Assembly: GCF_009914755.1 (NCBI RefSeq)
Contig: NC_060925.1
Reading direction: 5' to 3' (one strand)
DNA from: the human T2T-CHM13v2.0 reference genome, Homo sapiens
DNA length: 64,000 nucleotides
Position 1 is the stretch's first letter; each line of letters starts with the position of its first letter. The notes below the pieces were generated by a model. It ran no database searches, was not told the DNA's origin, and saw only the letters and a list, made by a program, of their open reading frames with translations. Positions 44,558-58,098 of this stretch are shown one piece after another. The translations under genes and the position numbers were made by a program.

Positions 44558-46855
44558 TTTATTAGTCTGTTTTCACACTGCTGATAAAGATATACCTGAG
44601 ACCAGGCAATTTACAAAAGAAAGTGATTTAATGGACTTACAGTTCCATGTGGATAAGTAGGCCTCACAATCATGGCAGAAGGTGAAAGGCACATCTTACA
44701 TGGCGGTGGCAAGAGAGAGAATGAGAACCAAGTGAAAGGGGTTTCCCCATATAAACTATCAGATCTCCTGAGATTTATTCACTACCATGAGAACAGTGTG
44801 GGAGAAACTGCCCCCATGATTCAATTATCTCACACTGGTCTCTCCTACAACACATGGGAATTGTGAGAGTACAATTATGATGAGATTTGGGAGCGGACAC
44901 GGAGCCAGACCATATCATTCTTCCCTGGCCCCTCCTAAATCTCATGTTCTCACATTTCAAAACACAATCATGCCTTCCAAATAGTTCTCCAAAGTCTTAA
45001 CTCATTTCAGCATTAACTCAAAAGTCCACAGTCCAAAGTCTCATTTGAGACAAGGAAAGTCCCTTCTGCCTATCAGTCTGTAAAATCAAAAGCAAATTAG
45101 TTACTTCCTAGATACAATGGGGGTACAGGCATTAGGTAAAGACAGCCATTCCAAATAGAAGAAACTGGTTAAAACAACGTGGCTACAGGCCACATGCAAG
45201 TCCAAAATCCAGCAGGGTAGTCAAATCCTAAAGCACCAAAATGAACTCCTTTGACTCCATGTCTCACATCCAGGTCATGCTGATGCAATAGGTGGTTCCC
45301 CATGGCCTTGGGCAGCTCTGCCCCTGTGGCTTTGCAGGGTATAGCCTTCCTCCCATCTGCTTTCATGGGCTGGCATTGAGTGTCCACAGCCTTTCCAGGT
45401 GCACAGTGCAGGCTTTCAGTGGATCTAGCATTCTGAGGTCTGGAAGACAGGGCAGTGGCCCTCTTCTCACAGCTCCACTAGGCAGTGCCCCAGTACAGAC
45501 TCTGTGGGGGGACTCTGACCCCACTTTTCCCTTCTGCACTGCCTTAGCCAAGGTTCTCCATGAGGGCCCCACCCCTGTAGCAAACTTCTGCCTGGGCATC
45601 CAGGTAGTTCCATACATACTCAGAAATCTAGGCAGAGGTTCTCAAACCTCAATTCTTGACTTCTGTGCACCAACAGGCTAAATACCACATGGAAGCTGCC
45701 AAGCTTGGGGCTTCCACCCTCTGAAGCAACAGCTTGAGCTGTACCTTGGTTCCTTTCAGTCATGGCTGGAGCATCTCGGGGCACAGGGCACCAAGTCCTT
45801 AGACTGCACACAGGAGAGGGTCTCTGGGCCCAGCCTATGAAACCATTTTTTCTTCCCAAACCTCTGGGCTTGTGATGGGAGGGGCTGCTTCAAAGATCTC
45901 TGACATGTCCCGGAGACTTTTCCCCCATTGTCTGGGTGATTAACATGTGGCTCCTTGCTACTTATGCAAATTTCTGCAGCTATCTTGAATTTCTACTCAC
46001 AAAATGGAGTTTACTTTTCTGTCACATTGTCAGGATACCAATTTTCTGAACTTTTATGCTCTGTTTCCCTTCTAAAACTGAATGCCTTTAATAGCACCCA
46101 AGTCACCCATTGAATGCTTTGCTGCTTAGAAATTTCTTCCGCCAGATACCCTAAATCATCTCTCTCAAGTTCAATGTTCCAAAAATCTCTGGGACAAGGA
46201 CGAAATCCTGCCAATCTCTTTGCTAAAACATAACAAGAGTCACCTTTTCTCCAGTTCCCAACAAGTTCCTCATCTCCATCTGAGACCACTTCAGCCTGGA
46301 TTTCATTTCTCATGTCATTATCAGCATTTTGGTCTAAGCCATTCGACAAGTCTGTAGGGAGTTTCTCACATTTTCCTGTCTTCTTCTGGTCCCTCCAAAC
46401 TGTTCCAACGTCTGCCTATTATCCAGTTCAGAAGTTTCTTCCACATTTTCGGGTATCTTCTTGGCAGCACTCCCCTCCTGGTATCAATTTTCTGTTTATC
46501 CTGTTTTCAGGCTGCTGATAAAGATAACCAAAGTCCGGGCAATTTACAAAAGAAACAGGTTTCATGGACTTACAGTTCCACATGGCTTGGGAGGTCTCAC
46601 AATCATGGCAGAAGGCAAAAGGTACTTTTTACAAGGCAGCAGCAAGAGAGATAATGAGAATCAAATGAAAGGGGTTTCCACTAACAAAACCATCAAATCT
46701 CCTAAGACTTATTTACTACCATGAGAACAGTATGGGAGAAACTGCCCCCATTATTTAATTATCTCCCACCAGTTCCCCCCACAACAATACAGGGGAATTA
46801 TGGGAGTACAATTCAAGATGAGATTTGTGAAGGCACACAGATCCAAACCTTATCA
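44558..46855 (-). mobile_element. Full-length THE1B provirus (LTR 44558-44917, internal, LTR 46493-46855)
   Basis: Two ~360-bp LTRs around ~1.58-kb MaLR internal; TSD cccac/ctcac. Confidence 0.93.
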
Positions 46856-47479
46856 CTCACATAGTCACAGTGTTCCATATTCTTTATTCTTTCTTGTAAT
46901 ACGAGTTTGCTGTTTGAGGTCAATTTCTTCTAATGTTTATCTTTTATAGTGCCCTTCAGTGAGGAAGTGATAGTGGCATATAATGTCTTTTGTTTTCTGC
47001 AAATGAATTTCCCTGACTTAAAACCATAGGTTAACATTCACTTTCACTCAATGTATTTAAGATATCATTTTACTATCTTGTAATTTCCAATGGTGTTGAG
47101 GATAAATTAATCAATGTGGTAATCTTTCTTTGAAGGAAATTGTTTTTACCTAGCTGAGGTGTTCTCTTCATCATCTACACTTTCACAGTCAGATATGTAG
47201 CTAACTTTTTTCTATTTATCCTATTTGATTTTGATTTATCTGTGTATTTTTCTCTTTTATCTCTTCAGACAAATTAAATCAATATCACTCTTACCTTTCT
47301 CTGGAGTCAGATTTTCATGTGACAACCAGAATTTTAAACATATATTTTAAATAATATATAGATGATACATTTGTGCATATATATAATTTATATATAATTT
47401 GTAATGTAGACTATATATGTATATATAATTTTTAATCCTATTAGGAAACCATATTAGGTAACCTCCTCTATTTAAAATT

Positions 47480-47995
47480 TCCTTTAATCTTCTGTTCGTA
47501 TTCAAAGTAAAATCATAATTCCTTAACATTTCTAATCTCATACTACTATTTCTCTTCATTCACAGACCACATTTTGCTGTTCTTATAAGAATTGAGGTGT
47601 GCTATCTTCATTGCCTTTGCACTTGCTTTTCCCTCTGCATGTAATTTTTTTCCTCTCAGAATGTGATGTTTGGTCTCTCACTTTCTTCACATCTCTCCTC
47701 AATTGTTATCACCTCCTGAAAAACCTTCTGGGATCACTTTAGCTAAATATTCTGTATCCTTTCCCAAAATATTCCAACTCCTTCTCTTTTATTCATAACA
47801 CTTATATTGTTATACATAATTTCATAATATATTATTTATTTATTTTATTATTGTATGTATCTTGACTATAATATAAGCTGCATTTATCCAGGAGTTTAAT
47901 CTATGTTATGCAATACTATATCCCATGTCTTTGGGCAATGTTTAGAACTTACCACATTCTTAAGAAAACAGTATTGAATCAACAAATTACTGAAT
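47480..47995 (+). mobile_element. L2 3' end remnant
   Basis: gcctttgcacttgcttttccctctgc, ttgactataatataagct, tail tattgaatcaacaaattactgaat. Confidence 0.6.
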
Positions 47996-48269
47996 AAGAT
48001 TTTCATGGTATTGCTCAAACTCTATTTAAGTTCTGTGATTATATTGAAGTAGAAAAGTATAAGTAGCCTCCGCCTGAGAGTACTATAAGAAGATAGTTTT
48101 TTAGAGGGAGAAATAGGATTCAAATAACATAAATAGAAACTAGGAATAATATTTAATAAAAAGACCATACATGCCAGGATTTGAATTTATATGCAGTTAC
48201 TCTAGAGCTATAGGATCTCTAACAGATGAACCTATTTAAATTTCAACTTTTATTTTTAAAATACTAGTT

Positions 48270-48465
48270 AGTTATGAACAGCACTTGTTCAACGCAAATA
48301 AGCATCATCCTCAGCAATTTACACAAACAACTTAATTCTCACAACAAATATATGAATTAGGTTAATTATGAATACAGAAGAGTTAAATAAACTAATTGAG
48401 GTTCAATACTTAGTAAAAAGCAGAGCACAAACCTGAACCCAGCAAATCTGATTCAGAGGTTCTGT
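48270..48465 (-). mobile_element. MIR
   Basis: ttaattctcacaacaa, acagaagagttaaataaact, tgaacccagcaaatctgattcaga. Confidence 0.6.
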
Positions 48466-48469
48466 TCCT

Positions 48470-51400
48470 TTTTATTTTTTATATTTTAAATTATAGATCA
48501 CAGGACATTGTACTATTAGTACTGAAAGGCCAATTCACCCAGCTTCCTCCAATTCACCCAGCTTCCTCCATGGTCACACCTTCTGTAACTATAGTAAATA
48601 TCAAAACCAGGCAATTGATCTTTATATAATGTTTATTTTTGTTATGGTTAATATTGAGTGTCAACTTGATTGGATTAAAGGATGAAAAGTATTGTTCCTG
48701 GGTGTGTGTGTGAGGGTGTTGCCAAAGGAGATTACCAGTTGAGTTCATGGACTGGAAGAGGCAGACTCACCCTCAATTTGGGTAGGCACCATCTAATCAA
48801 CTGCAAGTGTGGCTAGAATAAAGCAGGCAGAAGAAAATGGAATGAGGTGTCACTGAGTCTTCCAGGCTTCATCTTTCTCCCATGCGGGATGCTTCCTGCC
48901 CTTAAACATCGGACTCTAAGTTCTTCAGCATTTGGACTCTTGGACTTACAGCAGTGGTTTGCCAGGGGCTCTTTGGCCTTTGGCTAAAGACTGAAGGCTG
49001 CACTGTTTGCTTCCCTAATTTTGAGGTTTTGGAACTCAGACTGGCTTCCTTGTTCTTCAACTTACAGGAGCCTATTGTGAGACTTCACCTTTTGATCGTG
49101 TGAGTCAATTATCCTAACAAACTCCCTTTCATATATACATATATCCTACTAGCTCTGTCCCTTTAGAGAACCCTGACTAATACAATGTTTTTAGAGTATA
49201 CATGTACATAATGCATACAATATGGGCTATGTCATTTTTATCAGACATATTGATTATGTTGCCATCACTTCAATAAAAATAAATATTCCATCACCATAAA
49301 ACCTATTTTACCACTCTTTCATACTCAAACCAAAGTATCTCTAACCCCTTAAAACAACTTATTTATTTTTTTCTGTAGTTTTATCACTTTAAGTATGTTA
49401 CTTAAATAAAATCATATAGTATATCAACTTTGAGGATTTTTTTCAGCATAATCCCCTTGAGATTGTTATATTTGAAGTGTGTTCATTGTAGAAAGCATAT
49501 TCTCCTTGAATCAGTATTTTTTCCCCACACTGGCAATAATTATTTTAATTGATGCATTTAGATCATTTATATTAAGGTAATTATTGATATATTAGAACTT
49601 GTCATTTATGTTTCTTTTCTGTTGTTCTCTGCTTTTTTCTTCAGTTTTGTTTTTTCTATTTTTCTATATGTTACGGATACATATTTTATAAATCCATCTT
49701 GATTTACCTATAGTGTTCTTTTTAACACCCTAATTGAAGTATGAATGATATGCAAAGTACTGCACATATATAAATGTACACAATCTGATGTGCTTGGACA
49801 CAGGCAAACATTATGATACCAACACCACAATCAAGATCATAGATACATCCAATATCTCCCAGTGTTTTCTGTGTCACTTTGTTTCTGCTTTTAGTAATAA
49901 GAGCACTTAATTTGAGTTCTACCCTCTTAAAAAAAACTTTGAAGTACACAATACCATATAGTTAACTCTAGGCACTATGTTGCACAGCAGATCTCTAGAA
50001 GCTATTCACCTAGCATAACTGAAACTTCATATCCATTGAATAACCACTCCCCATTTTCTTCTCACCATGGCTCCTCCTTTGGTATAGAAATAACACTATT
50101 GTATTTTTAGCTTCTCTAGGTTTGGCTCTTTTAGATACCTCTTAAAAGTGAAATCATGCAGTATGTGTTATGTGAATGTATCTGTAATGTTTTTTAGTAT
50201 ATCTCCTTGTTTAGATTACCTAATGATTGCTCTAAGTATCACATTCAATATAAATCCTTTATCAGTGTCTACTGGTGTCAACATTTGACTAGTTCAAGAA
50301 TGGAAATCTTACCTTTTTGATATCTCTTTATCCATTACCATAAAATATTATGGCATTTTTTTCCATAGGTTTACTATTTCCATTCTTCTTTATTTATCCC
50401 TGTCATTCCAAGATTTCTTCTTCTCTTATTTCCTTTCTGTTTAGAGAAATGCTTTTGGCTATTCTCTCAGGGCATATGTGCTGACAAAAAAATTCTCATG
50501 CTTTTCCTTCTTCTGATAATGTATTGATTCCTCTTCTGTCCTCACAGATAGTTTTAGTGATACAGAATTCTGACTTGACAGTTCTTTTAGCTCTTGAAAG
50601 ATGTTGCGTTCTTCCTTCTGGCCTCTGTGGTTTCTCATGAGAAACCAGAGTTGTCATCTGTATTAGTTTTTCACTAAAGGTAATGCTTTATTTCTCTCAG
50701 GTTGCTTTCAATATTTTATTGTAGTTTTTAGAAGTTTGATAATATTCCTTGGCATGTATTTCTTTAGATTTTTCCTCTTTCAGGCTCAAACAGCTTCTTG
50801 AATCTGTAGATTATGTCTTTTACCAAATTTGGGAATTTTTCAACCAGTACTTTTTAAAATACTTTTTCAGCAATACCTTTTCCCACCCTTCATGTTGTCT
50901 CCTCTCCTTTTGATACTTTGATGACAGCAGTGTTATATCTTTTGCCATAAACTCCCATGTCACAGACTTTGTTTATGTGAATTCATTCCATTTTCTCTGT
51001 GTTGTTCAGAGAGGGTATAATCATGGTATTGGCATCAGCTGAGTGTCTTTTCTCCTCCGAGTTGAGATTTTTCTGGCTGGTATAATCGATGATTTTTTAT
51101 TAAATCCTGAAACTTGGGTATTATATTATGAGACTCTGAATCTTATTTGCAGCTCCTCTTTTAGTGAGACTCCACTGACAAGACTCTGGCAGGAGAAGAG
51201 TCTCTGCATCATTATTTCCAGGAGGCCACGCTACAAACTTGGCATCCATTGACACATTGGGAGAGTGGTCTCCGTACCAGTGGGTTGTAGTGATAGTTCT
51301 GACTCTCCATTAGGCCTCCTCTAACATCATTCCAGCAGGAAGAGGAAGAGGTAACTCATTAGTTTCAAATGGTGTTGGAAGTGCAGTCTTCCAAAGTCAT

Positions 51401-51810
51401 TTCCACTTGGCACAATAGAGGGAAGGGACCTTGCTATCTCTTGGCAAGAATGAAAGGCCGGGTTTCCCAGTCAATCTTTAATTCCATGCTAGCTGGAGCT
51501 TAGGTTTCTCCTTCTTGACTGGAAAGGGTGAATGTCTTTGTTTCCCATATGAACTTTGCCGAGGCAGTTGTGAGTGTGGCCAGTTTTCTCTAAGGTATTT
51601 AGCTAGGGTAGAGTAATTATTGTTGAACATTTTTCTGTCTTGCTAGGCTGCCCCTTTACCAGTCTTTTGGTTAGCACAAATAGGTTTTTCTGACGTTTTT
51701 TCACCCTTTGCAGTTGGTGTTTCTAGGTTGCTCACTTCTCCAGCATAAATTTGAAATATATGTGGCAAAATAAAAACTTAGAACTCATTACCATTGCATT
51801 TTTTGTCTAC
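48470..51810 (-). mobile_element. Composite of old antisense L1 fragments (L1MC/MD 3' end, L1MA/MB 3' end ~49720-50170, L1M 5' region)
   Basis: ttcacccagcttcctcc...atatcaaaaccagg; ctaggcactatgttgcacagcagatctctagaa; ttctggcctctgtggtttctcatgagaaa. Confidence 0.6.
48640..49184 (+). mobile_element. MLT2A2-like solo LTR (HERVL)
   Basis: tgttatggttaatattgagtgtcaacttgattggatt... ...ctttagagaaccctgactaataca, 545 bp; TSD atttt/atgtt. Confidence 0.9.
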
Positions 51811-52954
51811 TTCATCTTTTTGAAAGCCCAGAGTCCATGTTTTTAACTTGCATTTTATCCTGCCTCTCAGTGAAGTTATGTATACAAATCTTAATACATG
51901 AAAAAATTTTAAAAGTCTCCCTACTTGCATTTGCAAAATCAGCATTATAATATTTATAGCCCAAGATTGCTGTGACTACTAAATCACATATGGTAAGTAA
52001 AGATTTTGGCACAGTGCCAGGTGTTTAATAAGTATTCAATAAACTACAGTTATGCAAATAGGAATTGTAACTTCAAAAGATTTCAGTATTAAAATAACTG
52101 GTAGAAAGAATAAGGTAAAAACTCAGGAAAGATTAACACTAGAAGAAAATTAATATTCAACCAATAATAATGACTCTTAAGAGTTTAACTACCAATTATG
52201 TTCCAAAGCCTTTATACCTGTTTGATGTATAATTGTGATTATCATCTTATGAGACAGATAATATTATCATTCTATTTAAAAGATCAGAATACTTAGTAAA
52301 AGAGAGGTAAGTCCCATCACCCAGTATTCAAGGGAAATAGTATGCAGACAAAGTTTTAATTCTGTCTAGGCTGTATTCTACCAGAATACAACTGATATAT
52401 AAATATATCATTCCCAATATGAAATATCTGAACATTTCCATACTGACCTCTTCAAATTTTGTCATGTTAAATATATGCTTATGATTATATAAAATAATCT
52501 AGAGCTTTTATAAATCATCTAAATAAAAGTATGAATATACAATCCACACCCTATGAAGTGAGTTTAAATCAGTGCTGTGTGATTTAAATCACAATTCACA
52601 AAAGAATAAATTGAATTATTTTGAATATCTAGAAACAATATAAAGTGATATGCTTAAAATAAAAAAATAATTTTAAAACCAGGGAAAATAATTTTTCTAG
52701 AGGAAATTAGACAATGTGGTATCTTGCAAAGAAAAAAAATGGTATAGATTCATTATTATTTCAGATATTCAAGGTGAGGCATCAAGCTACACTAATGCTT
52801 TATGAGTTTATAATTCCCTTCCCACAGTAATGCTAAAGGACCAAGAAATGAGATGAGAAATACCCTCCCACTCTAATTCTTCTAAGCTGTGGACCATGTA
52901 ACAAACCACTGGTATTACGCTGATAACTATGTAGTAAAACTATGTGTTACTGAC

Positions 52955-55248
52955 TGATATTGTTTGGCTGTGACCTCACCCAAATCTCATTTTGAATTGT
53001 AGTTCCCATAATGCCCATGTGTCGTGGAAGGAACATGGTGGGAGGTAATTGAATCATGGGGGCGGTTATCCCTATCCTGTTTGCGTAGTAGTGAGTGAGT
53101 ACTCACGAGATCTGATGGTCTTATAAGCAGCTTTTCCCCCTTTTGCTTGGCACTTCTTGCTGCTGCCATGTGAAGGGTGTGATTGCTTCTCCTTCTGCCA
53201 TGATTGTTAGTTTCCTGAGGCCTCCCCAGCCATGCCGAACTGTGAGTCAATTAAACCTCTTTTTTTTCTTTTCTTTTCTTTATAAATTACCCAGTCTTGG
53301 GTACGTCTATATTAGCGGTGGGAGAACAGACTAATACAGTAAATTGGTACCGGGTAGTGGGGTGTTGCTGTAAAGATACCTAAAAATGTGGAAGCACCTT
53401 TAAAACTGGGTAACAGGCAGAAGTTGAAACAGTTTGGAGGACTCAGAAGAATAAAGATGTGGGAAAGTTTGGAACTTCCTAGAGACTTATTAAATGGCTT
53501 TCAACCAAATGTTAATAGTGATATGAACAATGAAGTTCAGGCTGAGGTGGTCTCAGAGGGAGGTAAGGAACCTGTTGGGAACTGGAGCAAAGGTGACTCT
53601 TGTTATGCTTTAGCAAGGAGACTGGTGGTATGTTGTCCCTGTCCTAGAGATCTTTGGAACTTTGAACTTGAGAGAGATGATTTAAGGTATCTAGTGGAAG
53701 AAATTTCTAAGTAGTAAAGCATTCAGGAGAAAGCAGAGCATAAAGGTTAGGAAAATTTGCAGCATGGTGATGCAATAGAAATGAAAAACCCATTTTCTGG
53801 GGAGAAATTCAAGTCTGCTGCAGAAATTTGCATAAGGAACAAGGAGTGGAATGTTACCCACCAAGACAGTGGGGAAAATGTCTCCATGGCATGTTAGAGA
53901 CCTTCACAGCAGCCCCTCCCCTCCTAGGCCAGAAGGCCTAGAAGGAAAAAATGGTTTTGTGGGCTGGGCTCAGGACTTTCCTGCTGTGTGCAGCCTAGGG
54001 ACTTGGTGCTCTGCGTCCCAACTGTTTCAACCCCAACCATGGCTAAAAGGGGCCAAGCTACAGCTTGGGCCATTTCTTCAGAGGGTGCAAGCCCCAGCCT
54101 TGGTGACTTCCACATGGTGTTGGACCTGCAGGTACCCAGAAGTCAAGAATTGAGATTTGGGAACCTCTACCTAGATTTCAGAGGATGTATGGAAATGCCT
54201 GGATATCCAGTCAGAAGTTTACCATAGGGATGGAGCCCTCATAGAGAACCTCTGCTAGGGTAGTGCAGAAGAGAAATGTGGGGTGGGAGCTCCCACACAG
54301 AGTCCCCACTGGGGCACTGCCTGGTAGAGCTCTGAGAAGAGGGCCATCGTCCTCCACACTCCAGAATGGTAGATCCACTGACAGCTTAAACAGCATGCCC
54401 AGAAAAGTGCAGACACTCAACATCAGCCCCTGAAAGCAGCCAGAAGGGGGCTGTAGACTGCAAAGCCACAGGAGTGGAGCTTCCCAAAGCCATGGGAACC
54501 CATCTCTTGCATCAGTGTGATCTGGATGTGACACATGGAGTCAAAAGAGATCATTTTGGAACTTTAAGGTTTAATTGACTGTCCTATTGGATTTTGCAAT
54601 TGCATGGAACCTGTAGCCCCTTTTTTTTTGGCCAGTTTCTCCCATTTGGAATAGGTGTATTTACCCAATGCCTGTACTCCTATGGTATCTAGGAAGTAAC
54701 TAACTTGCTTTTCATTTTACAGTCTCATAGGCAGAAGGGAGTTGCCTTGTCTCAGATGAGACTTTGGACTGTGGACTTTTGAGTTAATACTGGAATGAGG
54801 TAAGAATTTTGTGGACTGTTGGGAGGGAATGGTTGTGTTTTGAAATGTGAGGACTTGAGATTTGGGAGGGAATGATATGGATTGGCTGTGTCCCCACCCA
54901 AATCTTATCTTGTGTTGTAGTTCCCATAATCCCCACATGTCATGGGAGGGACCTGGAGGAAGGTAATTGAATCATGGGGCCACTTACCCCCTTGCTGATG
55001 TTCCAATGATAGTGAGTGATTTCTCACAAGATCTGATGATTTTATAATGGGCTTTTGCCCCTTTTTCTTGGCACTTCTGGATGCTTCCATGTGAAGTAGG
55101 ACATGTTTGCTTCTCCTTATGCCATGATTGTAAGTTTCCTGAGGCCTCCCCAGCCATGCTGAACAGTCAGTCAATTAAATCTATTTCCTTTATAAATTAC
55201 CTAGTCTTGGGTATGTTGTTATTAGTAGCATGAGAATGAACTAATACA
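52955..55248 (+). mobile_element. Full-length THE1C provirus (LTR 52955-53338, internal, LTR 54873-55248)
   Basis: Two LTRs tgata...ctaataca around MaLR internal; TSD ctgac/gtgac; polypurine tract shortened. Confidence 0.93.
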
Positions 55249-55371
55249 GTGACTTAATCCTTATTCTGTAGGTTTGCTTGCTTGTTTAAGGGATTGGTGT
55301 AAGAGCAAATGGAATTAAGGATGCATGCACAATTCATGCAATTCTACTGAAAGTTAGTGTCTATTCAACAG

Positions 55372-55552
55372 CAGTATTTCTCAAAGTTTGTTCTCCTGAC
55401 CAGCAGCAACCACATGAACTAAAAATTGCTTAAAATGCCAATTCTCACTTGGAAGCTACTGAATCAGAAACACTAGTGTTGAAGCCCAGATGTTTGTGTT
55501 TTAAGGAGACCTCCAGGAAATTTTTATGTATGTTAAAGCTTGAGGACCACTG
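55372..55552 (+). mobile_element. MER5A (hAT-Charlie MITE)
   Basis: cagtatttctcaaagt...ctactgaatcagaaac...ttgaggaccactg. Confidence 0.85.
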
Positions 55553-56039
55553 GTGTTGAAGACATAAGCCAGCTTCCTACTGTCCTCAATTCTTCTCAGC
55601 TTATGCCACTAACTTCTATGCATTAATTTACCCAAGTACACTTCCAAAACCAATTCTAACAAGGACAGAAATTTAAGAATTATGCCCTCTAATAAGTCTT
55701 ATTATATAAACCTAAAGTATTATTTCATTCCATGAGCACTATACACTTGTTTTCTCACTAACTCATTGTCTGTCAGTGATCTCAATCCCCACCTCTTTCC
55801 TCAGCCTCTTGGCTTTGACAAACTACTGAGAGACATCTTAGTTTCCTCCACTGACAACTGATTCTTCCTTCAAACTTTTTTCTTGAACCATTATTCTTTC
55901 CTTGAATTCTAACCTAATTAATGGATATTCTGCTTCATATTCTGTCTAGATCTAAGCAATCGTGGAAATTCCGTATATTGTTACTTTTTGCTGTTAGTCT
56001 ACTCTATGTAAGTTACTGAAATTATGGGAATAAATATTT

Positions 56040-56710
56040 ACATTTTATGTGTTCATAGAATTTATAATCTAGAGTGGATGAAAAATATTGATGAAGTAAT
56101 TTTAAGTATGAACTGTTATGAAGAAGAAGTTTATGAACTAGGAGCATGTTAGGGGATAATAATAAATTCCCCATTAAAAATTCACAAAACGCTACCCTGA
56201 TGAAGTGCATTTAAGTAGAATCCTAGAGGAGGATGAGCAGGAATTAGTCAGACACAGGTGATGTAAAGAGGAATGTGTGAATTTCCTAACAAAGAAGTAT
56301 GAAGTATTCAAGCATCTGAAAGAAAGATATTTGGAAGAGAAGTACACAGAGATAAAATGAGGGAGGATACATGGTTGCACAGTACTTGGCTTGGGAGAGA
56401 TTCAGGACCTTGTAAATCAGATAAAGGGTATTGAACTGAATTCCAAAGACAATAAATAAAGCAACTTATGATATGTGACATGAGGACATTTGCCATAAAG
56501 AAATATTGCTCAGAAGATAGCAGATAATGAATTGAAGAGAACAGGAATAAATGTCAGGAAAAGAACCAGGAAGGTATTGGGGTCAAGTGAGCAAAAGAAG
56601 ATGATAACTTGGGCTAGTATGACAGTATTGAAGTTTGAGTGTTGCAAATACATTTGCAAAATGATTAACTGTTGCTATGGAGAGTCAAGAATAAAAGATG
56701 GCTACTATTA
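56040..56710 (-). mobile_element. L2 remnant
   Basis: ttcatagaatttataatctag, ggatgagcaggaattagtcaga, caggaccttgtaaat; purine-rich antisense L2. Confidence 0.55.
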
Positions 56711-56774
56711 TATGTAACTTGAAAACCCCAGTATCATATTCTTAATTCAATTTTTGGTGCCATCTATTTCGTTC

Positions 56775-57996
56775 TAAAAGTGTTTTATGAGATTAATTTT
56801 TAAGCTCCTATTCGTGAGTGACAAAATTTGATATTTGTCTTTCTGTGTCTGGCTTATTTCACTTAACAAAATGTCTTCCAGTTTCATTCATGTTGTTGCA
56901 AATGGCAGAATTTCATTTTTTATGGCTGAATAATATTCCATTGTGTAAATGTACCACATTTTTTTATCCATTCATCCACTGATGGACACATGTTGAGTCC
57001 ATGGCTTGGATATTGTGCATAGTGTTACAATAAACATGAGAGTGCAAATATGTTTTTGATACACTGATTTTCTTTCTTTTGGATATATATCATCAGTTGG
57101 ATTGCTGGATCATACTGGTTCAATTTTTAGTTATTTGGAGAAGCTCCATACTGTGTTCTGTAATAGCTGTACTAATTTACATTTTCACCAACAGTGTAAG
57201 AGTATTCCCCTTTCTTAATATCCATGCCAGCATTCATTTTTTTTATGTTTTTGGTAAAAGCCATTTTAACTGGGGTGAGATGACATCTCATACTCATATT
57301 GTACTACAAAACTGTAATAACAAAAAACAGCACGGTAGTGGCATTTAAAGAAGACACTTAGAACAACAGAAAAAAAGCAAGAACTTTGAAATAAATTCAT
57401 GTATTTATACTCAACTCATTTTTGGTCAATGACCCAAGAACATATATTGGGGAAAGGACAGTCTATTCAATAAATAAATGGTGGTTGGAAAACTGAACAC
57501 TCATATGAAGAAGAATGAAACTAGACCCCTATTTCTTACCATATAAAAAAATCCACTCAAAATAGATTAAAGACTTAAATGTAAGACATGAAAGTAACAA
57601 AATTACTAGAATAAATCGTTGGAAAAATGCTCCAACTTCTTAATCTGGGCAAAGATTTCTTGAGTAAGACCTCAAAAGCACAGGCAGCCTAAGCAAAAAT
57701 ATACAAATAGAATCACCAAGCTAAAAAAGGTTATGCATGACAAAGGAAACAACAAAATGAAGAGATAACCTACAGAATGAGAGAAAATATTTGCAAACTA
57801 TTCAATTGACAAGGAACTAGTAACCAGTACATGTAAGCAACTCAGAAATCTCTACAGCAAAAAACCTCACAAATAATCAATTTAAAAGTGGGCAAAATAT
57901 CTGAACAGATATTTCTCAAAAGAAGACATACAAATGAGCAACAGGTATATGGAGAAATGTTCAACATCACTAATCATCAGAGAAATGCAAATCAAA
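56775..57996. mobile_element. L1MA fragment with internal inversion (antisense ~56775-57291, sense ~57292-57996)
   Basis: Antisense part ends ttaactggggtgagatgacatctcat; sense part ends agagaaatgcaaatcaaa; these two points are nearly adjacent in L1 ORF2. Confidence 0.8.
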
Positions 57997-58098
57997 TTCT
58001 TTTATACCATTTGATTTTTTTAAAGCAACAATATGTCTCATTAAATTTTTTATTCAAGGGCTATAAAACTAAAATAACTCTTAATAAATAGTTAAAAA

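Noticed and set aside
48531-48568. 19-bp tandem duplication caattcacccagcttcctc
   Set aside because: Ordinary slippage duplication within an old L1.
52578-52593. Perfect 16-bp palindrome tgtgatttaaatcaca
   Set aside because: A few such palindromes are expected by chance in 64 kb of AT-rich DNA.
44672-55174. Many 60-130 aa ORFs in the THE1 elements
   Set aside because: Broken MaLR internal/LTR frames shared by both copies; not host genes.
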